DNA from: Spizellomyces punctatus DAOM BR117
Lineage: Eukaryota
Assembly (NCBI GenBank): GCA_000182565.2
Contig: KQ257468.1
Length of the DNA stretch: 64,000 nucleotides
Strand: one strand, 5' to 3'
This document shows, piece by piece, positions 10,301 to 24,755 of the stretch. The notes beneath the pieces are model-generated. The model saw only the letters and a list, made by a program, of their open reading frames with translations. It ran no database searches and was not told the DNA's origin. A program made the position numbers and the translations under genes. Numbering within the stretch: position 1 is the first letter of the stretch; each line of letters opens with the position of its first letter.

Positions 10301-12348
10301 AAATGTAAAATATTGATATTTTCGGATATATGATAAAATGACGGTATTATATGAATCAAACATCATGCAGCAGAAGATATTATCCACGTAACGGCCAATA
10401 AGTATCTTCAAAACATAGCATACAGGCCAAAACTTGTAGCTGTTTCCATAAACTGTATGTATACATGGGCTCTTCAGGCAGCATCCAGCATCGAAATTTA
10501 CTTCCGCCTGACGAACCGTTGGCATGAGAGCATTTAGTACACAAAGAAATAATTCTTGGCTTGGCACCTGGTCATTTTCTGCAGCAATACTATGTCAATC
10601 GGTCAAGATCGTTGGTAATGGGCTGTGGAATGGCGGGGTTCACTTTGTTGAGAGGCGCCTACGTGCGCTTCGCTCCTGACGATGTAGAGATGTCACTCAG
10701 GTCGGGTGCTAGTGTTAGGAATAAGGTGCGGCCACTTGCAGTGCTATGTTGTCCATTTCAATCCCAAAAATCATTTCCTAATTGGACAATATAGTATTCG
10801 GATTGCATTTTGAAAGCAACGAGTGCTGTGGTTGTTGTATCAATTGGTAGGGATGTATATACAATGAAACGCTATGTATGAGCGGCATGGAAGGTATGGC
10901 TAATTTTGGTGAACAAGACCTCACACCTGTTGGCAGTATTGATTTGAACTCTAGTGCACTGTTTGTCATCCGGAAAAGCAGCAATGCCCTAAGTTGGCTA
11001 AATTAGTTCAGACTTCACTGGCAAGTTAACGTAACTGATCTGTATGATTGATGCTTCTGCTGTCAAGCAGGATTGAGGCATGTATCAAGACAATTCTGTC
11101 AGGTTGATGTCTGTGAATTTCGGCTGGCAAGTGGGCTGGAGCTTTACGGCATTAGCAGGGTAAAGTAGTGGATACTCTGCAAGCCATCCGATACACTACA
11201 CGCACATTTGTAGTTGTTCTACGAAAAGTCCCCGAAGAAACACGTTGGCAAAACAAGCTCTTCCGAGAGCACATGCACGGCATATGCAGACCACCTAGAC
11301 CGCGATTCCAACGCTTTTACGACACTGGTTGATGTATCAACCGGGCTTCAGATATATTACGAAAAAGAATAGGCGGAGGTACCAGCATACCAAGCGTAAA
11401 CGTTGGCCAGTGTCAGGGCCAACTTTTCAAGATCTAGGAACACTTCATGACAATGGTCTTATATCTCGCACAAAAGGATGAGCAAAGAAGTTAATTGTTT
11501 CTCACATGAACGGGTGGTGATGTGAAGTTCTTTATGCATATGTTGCTCTCAACCTTTCCAAGAAGGGTTGAACCCGAACGCTAAAAGCCACTTGATTACT
11601 ATAGATTCTAGCCGCCGTTCAATTCTAACTTAGTACTCAGCAGCGCAGTGGAAAGCAGGTTAATTTTGCGTAACGGGATCTGGATAAGCTTCATACTCAA
11701 GTGACCATCTTAACTTGGTCACGCCGCCCAGCCCAGATGCAGATAATTTGCCCAAAGCGTTTAAAATATGTATGAGGAAAAAGATTTGCATCCCAACGGA
11801 TCCAGAACGCATGCGAGACTGCAATAACAAATTGATCAAGTTTATAGGCAGCTGACAAGAGAAATCTGATTTACCAGACAAACGGGGAAAATCCTTCGTT
11901 GACAACGGGGCTCGTTGATTAGGAATGGGACTGCCGCACGATCTGTTGATGCAACTCAACGAAAAAGATTATATCATTATGAGGTGGGATCGTTGCAGTG
12001 GTTCTCCCGACCTTGACAAGAAACCTTTCCTCTGCCGCATATGAAGGCACCTCTACCTGTCAATGGGAGGTGCACAGACAATAACGCAATGCAATCAAAA
12101 GCTGCGTCAGAGAATATGAGAAGGCATTGCCAGTGATAAACGGCAGTCTGGACCGGCAGGGTTTTGATATCAAAAAAGTGAAACTCCGATAACCTTCGCT
12201 ATTTGGTAAGCATCGAACACATCCGATACGCGTGAATTTGGTAAGCGTCGCAAATAAAAGTTGGCCCAACGCGAGGCATCCTACGCGCTGCACGATCCCC
12301 ATAGCTTTTGCCTTAAAACCCTCCAAGTCTTCCGTCAAACCTTTTGGT

Positions 12349-14140
<1,792 letters not shown>

Positions 14141-14674
14141 TTGATGTCCTAGGCGGAGTTTGTGTAAATTATGATGAGGGGCCTCTGTACATTGTTCTAC
14201 GCCTTGTGTATATTGGGTTCATAGATACTGTCGTTGGTGAAAAGTGGGTTTCGCGTTGTCTTATAGCTCTACTACCAGAGACATGTCCCCTCGTTTACAA
14301 TGGTGCAATGATCCGCTTGGTAGCTATTTTCGTTCATAGAATAAGGCCCAACACTCTTGTAGCTGGAAGAGACCATGTTGTTCCTTGCGGACCTGTTTCG
14401 GTTGCCGAGTCATATCTCGGGAAAACAATAAGGCGCAAGCAACGATAACATCCCGAGAAATAGTGCATCGCCTCATCTTGACAAGTCAGTGAGTGACTTG
14501 CAATATCTCCTGATCATCCCGCCTGGACTTTGCTCACATTGATGCTTTCGCTTTAAAACGCATGTTTCTGCTGTGAAAGTTTGTGGATTCCTTCACATTA
14601 AGCATGTAGCAAGGATTTGCGAGGGCGACGTATATTACCAGTATATTACACAGGGCGAAGATAAAAAGATCAAA

Positions 14675-15570
14675 CTACGAGCACTTGCCTTCTTTCTCAG
14701 CTATCTTACACAGTACGGCCCTCCTTCCTTGCTGGATCATCGCTTTTCCTCGGTTTAAGAAATCGTTGTACAGTGGCTGCTCACAGCCATTATAGCGTGA
14801 CACGGCAGCGATATGCTCCATTTGCGCTTCCCTGATGATGAAAGTGCTCTCTGGCCCATACACGGAAGTCAGCCAGTCATCTGAAAACCAGTCCTGCGAA
14901 ATACGATTATAATAGTGAGCGACTAATATCTACGAATCCAGGAAATCATGGCATCCCACTTTTATTCCGGCATCGTACAATCGTCCGAAAATTTCATAGT
15001 GCTTTCATCCAGCAAAAGCTTGAGTCAGAAGTCGTCCGTTATGGCGTGGATCCCATGGTCCGGCGACTCCGAATCCATTATTTTTCTCTAGAGCATCGAC
15101 AAAGTAAGTGCTCCACTTGGTCCCTTTAAGCGCAAGATCGTCATTGACTTGAAAAAAGAAGTCGGTACCATCTCGGATTGCGAGGGCAAACAGCGCATTC
15201 CAGATGTAGGTGACCCATCCATAGCTGTAAGGTAACCGGATGTACTTGAATTTCAGCGGTTTATCTACGACCAAGGATTTCAGAAATTCGTCAATCTTTG
15301 GAAGAATTGTGGGATCATCAAAGAAGCCGTGTCCAACGTCGAACCCTATGTACAGAGTATACTCGCTTCGATCCCATTCCTCGTCAGTCTTGTTTTGAAT
15401 GTGGCAGGCGTGAAGGTTGTAAGAAGCATGCGTTGATTCCAAGTTGGAAGGTCGGCTGACGACATTGTTCCCATTCCGATGGCAATCTTCGTGTTCCCCT
15501 TGCTTGAGTTTTGCGCCCAATTGAATTGCAATGCAAGGTGCACCGGACTGAGGAAACGATTCCGGGACAT
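14675..15570 (-). pseudogene. GT-A fold glycosyltransferase-like gene, disrupted
   Basis: Reads KIAIGMGTMSS...LLTTF, frameshift near 15390, then EYTLYIGFDVG...IWNALF...FFFQVNDDL...LLTQAFAG*KHYEIFGRLY...DWFSDDWLTSVY. There is a premature TGA at 15005-15007 and no intact N-terminal anchor. Confidence 0.7.
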
Positions 15571-16967
15571 ATTGCAAGATAGTTTTTTGTCAGGCTTGGT
15601 AGGAGTTATACCGTATTACCCAGCTTTGCAACTTTCATGAACTCTATGCTTGTCTGCTAGGGTCTTTTGAAAGGCCTCCGGACATTGATACCCACGACTG
15701 CACTGTAGCCGGTATGTTACATGATGCAGGTACGCCGGTGAATTTAGCTGGAGGCCCATCGCGTCGATATCCGACACGTCAAGTCTCCATCTTGGTTGAT
15801 TCTCTTTTTCAATGTCGGTAAACTCTGTTTCTCAAAACGCATCTTGTTCTTTAAAAATAAGACCGTTCCGTGTCTAAGAAGTTGCGTTTCCAATAGATAT
15901 AAAAGAGTTTCCCTATCAACGGCCTGTTTGACTAGACCGTCAACTGGCCTTGGGTTACATGCATCCTGTACGCGCTGCCAGCCGAATACCTAACATTCAG
16001 TCTCCTTGCTTTTATCTTTCCTGTTTAAGTTACGTCACTTGTTAATTAAGAGGCATTGTTATCTGTTGGGCGCGCAGGAGAGCGGTTGGCAAAAAGTTAA
16101 AGTCAGCGCTCCTTAAGCCGAATATGGTGGAGATTTCCCATGCCTCTTTCCTAACAAGTTTCTGCTGCGCGCAATGGGACAATCATGATTTGCATTGGTA
16201 ATTATTTTTTTAGATAACATCGCATGAATGATGTCGACTTTGTATTCAGTACAATAAACTCCTTGGTAACAAGCTCCTCTACACGACTATCCTGTCCTTT
16301 TGATCTCCTTGTGACTGACATCCGCCCTAACTTGGTAGCAACATTGCGCTTATTTGCCCGAGTTTCGCATCCACTTTAACATGTAATGCCGCCTCACACT
16401 TTGGCATGTAAACAACAGCCAGTCGGGGACCAGCATAAGAATCCTTTTTCTGCAACCACCAAGCGTATACGGGCCATCCCGGTTAAAAAAATCCGGGCAT
16501 GACAAGGAAAGGTGTCGACAGCCCACATTTCCGTAAACGAATCATGATAAGATTCGAGCATAACGTTCTTACCAGCCTTCCAAGCCTGGTGCAGACCTGC
16601 TGACTTATTTTTTATCCCAGAATGAGCCATCTTCGTCATTGGTCTCGCCGCACCCTTGAGGATGGTCAATACTAGCAAAATAGCTGATGGCTAACATAAA
16701 GGATGATGAGGAGGACTTTGAGAAGGGACGTGGATAGACTGCCGATTTAACACAGCACCTTTATATGTTGCAACTAGCTCGAGCAACATCTCATCATCAT
16801 CCGATTTTACCAGGCCGTGTTGCATTTTATCTTCAATATACATATGTGTTTTTATGGAGAGGAGTCTACAGTATCGGACATCCGGTGTGGTAATACGCGA
16901 GTGTCGCGTTATTCACGCGTCTCAAACTATCAGTTTGGTCAGGTCGTCTTATTCACTGATATCAATC

Positions 16968-18318
16968 ATGACTGCCTCGCAGTCCGAAAAGTCAAGTTAT
17001 TATGGAGCCTCTCTCTACAATGACGATGAGGAGCGAGGCAAAATGGACAAAGGACCCGAAAATCAGCCTTTTCTCGATAAGGGTGCCGCCGACTCGCATG
17101 CCAATCAGACCAGAACCGTGACGCTCTCGGTCCTCTTCTACATGGTTGTTTCCATAAGTATGAACATCTTGGCGTTCCATTGCACGACAGCATGGACATG
17201 GTCTCACGCTCCTTTGTCTTGTAGCTCTCTTGATGGTGAACAAAGCTGTCCTCCTCGAAGTCGCGTTACCTGTTACGTTTCTTTGGGCGCAACTGTTGAT
17301 TGCTGTGGCTTTGTTACATATTGGAGGAGCTCTGGGATGGTTTACATTGCCCCGACTTGAGTGGACGGTCTGCCGGACGCTGTGGAGTCTCATGGCGATC
17401 AACGTTATTGGGTTAACAGTGAATACCTATACCATCCACTTCGGAGATGCAAGCTTTTATCAAGTAAATTTAGATGTTTCTTGTTTCAAGAGTGAACGAC
17501 ACCCACTTACAGCGCTTATGCTCAACAGGTTGCGCGCGGTCTTGTCCTTCCCTTCACGGTGATCCTCTCCTGGATTTACCTTGACAAGCCGTCAAGCATG
17601 GTTCTCCTTGCTTGTGGTGTTGTAACTACCGGATATGCAGTCGGCACTCTGATGGAATCGGCTCAAGTGAACATTCCGCTTAAAGCTGTTGCCTATGGTA
17701 CGATATCTTCGTTTACGACTGCCCTCCATGCTATCATTATCAAAACAAGTATGGGCACCGTGAAGAACAACACAATTGCGCTCGTCTACTACAACAATGT
17801 GCTGTCAGCGATGTGCATGCCCATTGTAATGATGCTCAATGGAGAAATGTGGGTTTGGCATACCCACCTTCGTGAAGTTTCCATTTCAAATTATGGTGGA
17901 AGAGAGAAAATGCAAACGTTCATCGCCGGATGTCTGCTCACTGTATGTCCTATAAAAGTTGTTCTTTCTAAAGTGAGCTTGTATTTACATTTACCTATTG
18001 ACAGGGTACACTTGGCTTTCTTCTTAATGTGGCCAGTTTCTTCCAAATCAAGATCACCTCCCCCGTCACACATGTCGTCTCATCGGCCGCTCGCGGAGTG
18101 TAAGCTTACCTAGCGTCGTGGCATATATTTATTCTATTCGCAAATTGATATACTTTTATCTTGTTAGTTTGCAGACTATCTTGGCTGTGTGGATTTTCAA
18201 TGATACCGTCACAATCGCTCGAGCCAGCTCGATTCTCGTCATCATTTTTGGCTCGGGCCTATATACATGGATTAGACATCATGAGACGCTTGTACCAAAG
18301 GATAGAAATCATGCGTAA
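16968..18318 (+). CDS. GDP-fucose transporter-like nucleotide-sugar transporter (SLC35C1/TPT family); ~4 introns
   Basis: Motifs VLFYMVVSI...MVNKAVL...LPVTFLWAQ, DASFYQVARGLVLPFTVILS, YYNNVLS and QIKITSPVTHVVSSAARG. Confidence 0.88.
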
Positions 18319-19022
18319 AGGATGTCTCGTCGAACGTTTACATAGTGTATAATACCCTGCCTAATTTGAATTAACCACATTTATTGTGACATTATCATGA
18401 AGATAAACAATCTATTTGCGGTCATCTTCTGCAGTTGCACTCATTTTTCCAAATAAAAATCCCCATCTTCCCTCTCATCCTTCTTGTTCTACATCCTTAT
18501 CAGCAGCTCTCAAAACATCAGTCAATCATTACAAGATTGCCAATCTGGTGCTGAGGACCTCGCTTTACTGACAATAACAAACAATCCAAAGGACCATCAT
18601 GTCACGCTACTACTACACTATCCTTCTACGATCGAAGGTGATTGTCTTTGTAGATTTTCTCCATGCTCATTATCCAGTTTACTTCTGTGTTACTGGTATC
18701 TGAACATTCTCCGACCCAAAAAGAAACGCTTCAGAACCGCCTTATCCAGGTTGGCTGTCGCCAGCGGCTGCCCAGATCCTGCATGTAGTCACGTGATCTT
18801 CAGATCGTTGAAAAGAATTGTCGCTCGCAGGATTGCTGCTGCTGATGGCCTCATCATGTCCTCTGTGCGGATCTAAAATTGTGTCATGCTTCATCAACTT
18901 TAGCGACAAGCTCCAATTATGCAGCTCCATTGAGGTAATTGCGTCAAATTGATCAAACCTGTCAAGATGCAACCCAATAGCTAGTCCATCCGTAGTGTCC
19001 CCATCCCTTTCAGGAGCCGACG

Positions 19023-19490
19023 TTGCTAATACAAGCATGTGAGGAGAAGGCCAAGGATGAAACCCCTTCTGGTGACACTTTAGAGATGGTGGCAGAGGCC
19101 GTCCATCACCAGACGCCGGTTGAGGAGATTCCCAACCATGTTGGACACTGCGACCCGGCGCAACCCGAAGCCGCAATTGCCGAACAGTCCACAACGCTTG
19201 CGTTTGACGAGGCCGACATGCAAGCTCCAGCTTCTGTCATTCTTTGTGACGAAACAACCTATTCGATTGCCCAAGAAGCAGAGTTTGATTTAGATCAAGT
19301 CCTTCTGTCTGGCGTAGATCTCGATCTACCACCCATCCCTGATGACCTGGGCACAACATCGCACCATGGATGTGAATTCGATGTTTTGGGCCTCATGGAA
19401 TGGGTCGGCAATGATATCAAAGTTGACGACTCCGAATCGGATGAATTGGATAGATTGTTTGCGTCTCTAGATGATACAGATGTCAAATGA
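19023..19490 (+). CDS. Hypothetical acidic protein (probable last exon of a gene with upstream exons from ~18.5 kb)
   Basis: Open 155-codon acidic frame with a biased composition; no recognisable family. Confidence 0.35.
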   Translation: MLIQACEEKAKDETPSGDTLEMVAEAVHHQTPVEEIPNHVGHCDPAQPEAAIAEQSTTLAFDEADMQAPASVILCDETTYSIAQEAEFDLDQVLLSGVDLDLPPIPDDLGTTSHHGCEFDVLGLMEWVGNDIKVDDSESDELDRLFASLDDTDVK

Positions 19491-20420
19491 TCGTGTTACA
19501 ATACATGAGACTCCCTCCGCAGTACTCAGTATCCTGGATTCATCTGTCGGAATAGCTGTTTAGGAGTACATAGTTTGCTATTTGAACATTGGTCTGCAGT
19601 ACCGTACTTCCTCTGCTCTAGTTAAACCCTACCATCGTGGGTTGTGAACGAGTAGAATGCATCGGCAATAAGCTTGCATAATTTCACAGCTTGGCGAAAG
19701 CTACCTACTTTACATCTGCTTGCGGCGCGGATGCTCTTCTGGGTGACCCAACTTTCTTCCTGATGGAGTTGACGGGGACTACCTGCGACAGTACGCAAAA
19801 CAAGAATGGTTGACCCTGTTGCAAAAAGGATCCCATCCACTGGCTTCCGCAATTGGCCAAAGCACGCCAATTAATGTCAAGGTCAGTCAGTGGTGAGTGT
19901 TGCGATGGCTGCAACTTCCGCCTATGCTTCGAGTCAGGAAACGAATCGTGAGGAACGATTTCGCGCTGGATGACATAAGCCACCAACGCGCCCTCCGACG
20001 CGACTCAATGGATGATCGACGCTGAGGACAACGTCTGACCCTATGCTGTGCTGCGTCCATCCAGAAATGCCAGGGTTCATAGCTTACACAATGGGCATCA
20101 GTTTGATCGATTTCAGCACTAGGTGCAACGGTGAAGGAATTTTTGAGAGCCAAACTTCGTCATTGTTTATCTTTGTTACCCGTCATGTGTGCCGTGAACG
20201 GCAAACGTGGACTCTTGGCAAAAAGGGTTAATGTCTTTCTGGATAGATTGTTCTGAAGTTTTGAGGCTGTGTCAAAGTGGGGTTGGGGAGTGGGGTTGTG
20301 GAGTATGGTTATAAAATGAGCAGCAAGAGCAATTCAGCGCCGGAAAATACCGCAAGAGCTCTCCCTAGCGCATGTCTCTAAGGCTTCATCAATTTTCCAA
20401 TTAAACAAACACGCACAAAC

Positions 20421-20879
20421 ATGAACCGCCTCTTCACTGCCTTCACTTTCTTGGCTTTAGTGGCCCTAACTTACAGTGCCCCGGCCTCCGACCGACAGTC
20501 TCACCTGGTTGCACGCCAGTCCAACAGCAACACGAAATGCGAAGCCGATCCGTACCCAAATTTGAACGGCACGTTCCGTCTTCAGAACTGCACAGTCGAA
20601 TACGATAGGCAGCTGGCTAATTGCGACAACGCGACCAGTACCAAAGACTGCAAAGACGCTGCCAAGAGCCGTCGTACCCAGTGCGAGGCGATCTGCTCAA
20701 CAACTAGTCGCGCGGTGGAAAGATGCGTAAAGTCTTGCAACAGGAATTGGAAAACATTTGATGACAAGATTTGCAAGCCGATTACAAACGGAACGGATCA
20801 GGAATCATGCAATGATATAGCTCTCTCGCAGGTTTCCGCTTGTCAGGATATTTGTTTGGAATATCATAAGGGATTGTAG
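20421..20879 (+). CDS. Small secreted cysteine-rich protein (152 aa, 12 Cys)
   Basis: Signal peptide MNRLFTAFTFLALVALTYS-AP, pro-region ending in VARQ, 12 regularly spaced Cys, A-rich start context and TATAAA ~110 bp upstream. Confidence 0.85.
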   Translation: MNRLFTAFTFLALVALTYSAPASDRQSHLVARQSNSNTKCEADPYPNLNGTFRLQNCTVEYDRQLANCDNATSTKDCKDAAKSRRTQCEAICSTTSRAVERCVKSCNRNWKTFDDKICKPITNGTDQESCNDIALSQVSACQDICLEYHKGL

Positions 20880-21228
20880 AAGCCGAGAGGCGGATCATTT
20901 TGTTTAGATATTTGTACAGACCGGTTGGCCGGCAAAATTGGTTTGCGCGGACATTGGCAAACTCGAAAAGATTTGTAACAGTTGTGTCCATAGTTAATAA
21001 AGAAAGCTTGTAAATGTGACCGCTGCTTGGGGTATTTGTTCCAGCAGCCGTTGTCCCAACCACACGAGCCCTTCGGAAGGGACAATCTGAACGTAGGAAT
21101 CCTCATGCGGAAGGCACGCAGACTCCAAATGCGTTCATCGGGGTCATCATACACCCAGATCATGTCCCTGTAAGAGACAAGAACCGAGCGCCATGCGCAA
21201 TGATGCGTTTCTGAGTAACTCGGTGTCA

Positions 21229-24200
21229 CTACCTCTCTTTCTTCACCCATCTCTTGACCCACCCAGCACTTTGTTGCTTTACAACAAACGCCCAAAGGAA
21301 GAGCGCACAGATCGCCCAAAATCCCACATACGTATGCTTCGATCCATAGAGAATCACGAGCCCACTCATTATCCATACACCCCACGTTGTTACATTCCGA
21401 AGCCTTAAACAGATGATTAATTAACACCACGATGTGCACAACATGAAGGGCGAGACGGCATTAGGTCGTCAGTAACATACCCCTCAGGCAGAGCGGTCAC
21501 GTCCTCGACCCCGACCCATAGCACAAGAAGGCCCACAAATGGGTTCAGATTCCCAGTCCACACCCGGCCCTCCCAGGCGTCACGCGCCCATATGACAACG
21601 GCAGGAATTGAGTAGGGTTGGAGGAGGAGGAGAAGCAGGGTAATTGGAAGATGCTGTTGGGATAGCGTCTTGGCGGAGAAGAAATGATGAGATGTCGCCT
21701 GTTGCACTAAAGGCGACGGAATGCGCACCTTTTGATTACTGTGGGCGAGGAGAGCAAGAAGCAGAGCTAGGGTACAGAAGACATAGTGGGGTACAAGGCA
21801 GCAACCGAGAACGAAACTAATCAGGTAACCAGTAGGACCGAACGTAAGGTGAAGCCTAAACCGACGACAAACGTTAGTGCCCCGATAGACCTATCTCAAT
21901 CGTACAAACTCGCCTTCTAACACAACGTCTCCAGATCCACCCCAGACCGGCACCAAGCAAATATCCAACGGCCACCAAAATCCCATAAATAACGACAGTT
22001 AACCCAACAGAAACGACGTACATGGCCGGTGCCAAGATCGCCCCCCACATTCCGCGACTACCCAGCAGCAGTCCACCAATGTGTGTTGCAAGAGGGACCC
22101 GGAGAGGGAGGGATACCAGGAGTGTTTGAAAGATGCCAAAAAGGTACAGAATGACAGAGATGGGCAGGTGGGGAAGGCTGGTGACAGCTGCAAGGAAGGA
22201 CGAATTCCGACCTGTCCAGTGATACGTGAGATACCTGAAAAACATAGGCGACTCCGGTAACGAAAAACAAAAGGATACCATTTATATTTCTAGCCCAGAT
22301 GTTACCGGATCCCGCAATGGCAATGCCAACGAGAAACGCCATCCAGCTCATCATATACCGTCCTACCAATCGTCCCATACTGCCTCTCCAATCAACAGAC
22401 ATCCTAACATGAAGTATACATGATCTGTCAGACCATACGCGAAGTTCCAGGCCTGTAAGACCGGGTACAGCCGCAGTATATTGGGGATCGCCGTAGAAGG
22501 ACAGCCAGTCACCTCCGCTATTGCGGAGAAATTTTTCTTCTGAGAAAGGCGGAAAGGACTGGTGAATGACGGGAGAGAATAGCGGAGGGCCTGTGGAACA
22601 TGTAAGCCGCAGGCGCATTGTGGTGAAAAGGACAGAATTGCGGTACTTACCATTTGGACAAGCCGACCGCCACTGTATGTGGTACTTTAGCAGACTACTC
22701 GTCATGCTGGGTATCCGCAGACGACTGAGCGTTGCTTTCACCGGAAGGGTTATATCAAAGCTGGTTAACACATCTAATTTACCGCCCTCATTAACAGCTG
22801 TTATATGATGCAGTTTCCACACAAGCGACACCACCCACCCGTAATAGAGACTTCCTTCGAAAATTTCACATCGGCTTCCTTCACCATCTCCCCCGCAAAG
22901 AAACCGCTTTGCCACGACCTTACATTCACAGCCACAAGTCCCATACCCTCCAGTTGATTCAATGGGACAAACCCATGATAGAGAACAGGCTCACCAGGGA
23001 GTGGTACAACCCAGTTACTGACCTTGCGGCATGCCTTCGGGTATGAGCCGCTTTCATCACTTTCCTTTTCGCAAAAAAGGACTTCAACTTCGGTCGGCTG
23101 AACGCTTGTGACGAAAGTAAAAGTGTCAAGTTTGGTCGACGGCGGCGGCAGTTCTAAGGTGTACAGCCCGCGAGAAACTGTCTCACTGGTTCCGGAGAGA
23201 GTGAGGTTGTGTCCCTGGATACGGTTGAGTAGATGGATAGGAAGGTCGGAGCGAAGCGATTCATCCAGTGGTCCTTCAGAGCATTGGGTTTACGTTGGTA
23301 AAAGCGCAAAAGTCAGAGACTACGGTTGCTCACCTCTCACGGTATGCTCGCCGATCCCACTTTTCAAAGCTCTGCCCAAGATAGTCATTCGCTCTTCCAC
23401 ACTACCGACCCTACCCCGTTTCTCAATTGCAAACAATGCCCGAACCAAAACTTTCATCAGCTGATTACACCACAAGATCGCTTTATGATCCGCAGCGGTC
23501 CAAACAAACGGGATACCCGTTGAATAAACCGTGAACCCATGGGAAGGTGGGACTATAAGACCAGTCTCCGCTGCGTCAGAAGAGATCATTGTATCCTGGT
23601 TTCCGCCTGCAATAGATACTAGCACGATATTGGATAGAAGGGTTTCATTCGAACGGACCAGTTCCGTTCGCCAGAAAAGATTTATGCGTCGGTACAACTT
23701 TTTCATGGTCCAGTCCAGCGGTGCGGGCGGCGAGAGGTGGGGCGTGGCAAGAGTAATGATGGTATGTACTGATTCGGGGCTGTATGTTGCTAACGTAGGG
23801 AGTGTACGAGCAACAATGCCGCCCATAGAATGAGTAACAAGGGCCATTGATGTGCGTTGTGGGCTTGGCTGGCCGGGAGAGGTGTATAACGACAGAATAT
23901 ATTTGATGGCTTCATTGACGTACTCGGCTTGGTCCTGAACAAGGTGACCTTGGAAGGCCGCCAGTTCTTCATTTGTATCGACTGGCAGGATATGATATCA
24001 ATGTTCGGCAATAAAAAGGTCGCCAACGACCTCAACCACCTACTAGTAAACAAGTCAAATGGAGCAAGCCGTTGCTTTTCGTCCCAACTTAGCCCATTCA
24101 AGAGATCCCAATAGTGGCCTGACAAGATTGACCCAAGCGACCTGGCTTGTTTGTAACTCCCCGCATTGCCAGGAATAAAGAGGACTGGTACACCCACTGG

Positions 24201-24600
24201 CTTCACAGATTGAAACATAACAAGAACAAAAGGAAAAAAGATTTCGTCAAGCGAACGTTGTCCATTTACAAAGATCAAGTACCGCTGCATCTTGCATAAC
24301 CCCGAAACCAGCCGCCCTCACCTTGTCCCCAATATTTCTCCCATCCCTTTCCTTGTAAAGATACAGTGCATACTTTCTCAATTTAGGGATAGAGTGTACA
24401 AACGAATCTACACGGACGTAGTCCGGGTGCATGTACGTCATATGGCAACCTTTCGCATCCTGCGAGCGATTGAAAAACGAGTCCAGCGACAAGAGGAGGA
24501 GGGCAAGTGAGAAGGCAGCAAGGACGATAAACCGAGCTGGGATGCCGGTTGGACGAGGCATATGGGCATGAGCTGTCGGAAAGAGAGAACGGTTGGACAT
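21229..24600 (-). CDS. BST1: GPI inositol-deacylase (PGAP1 family); multi-exon
   Basis: Motifs GCHMTYM.P.Y, KYALYLYKE, GVPVLFIPGNAGSYKQARS, HSMGGIVAR, TLATPH, SIAGG..D and DHKAILWCNQ, followed by C-terminal TM helices. Confidence 0.93.
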
Positions 24601-24755
24601 GCCCTTGCAAGAAAATGCATGGCGGGGATTCAATGGGCTGCCAATCGACGACGAACGCTGACAGCAATCCCCAATCTCGCGCTGGTCACATGACTGTAAG
24701 GTCCACAGCAAGGCACTAGTCATTGAGATCGCAATTTGCTTTCCATGAGATTAAA

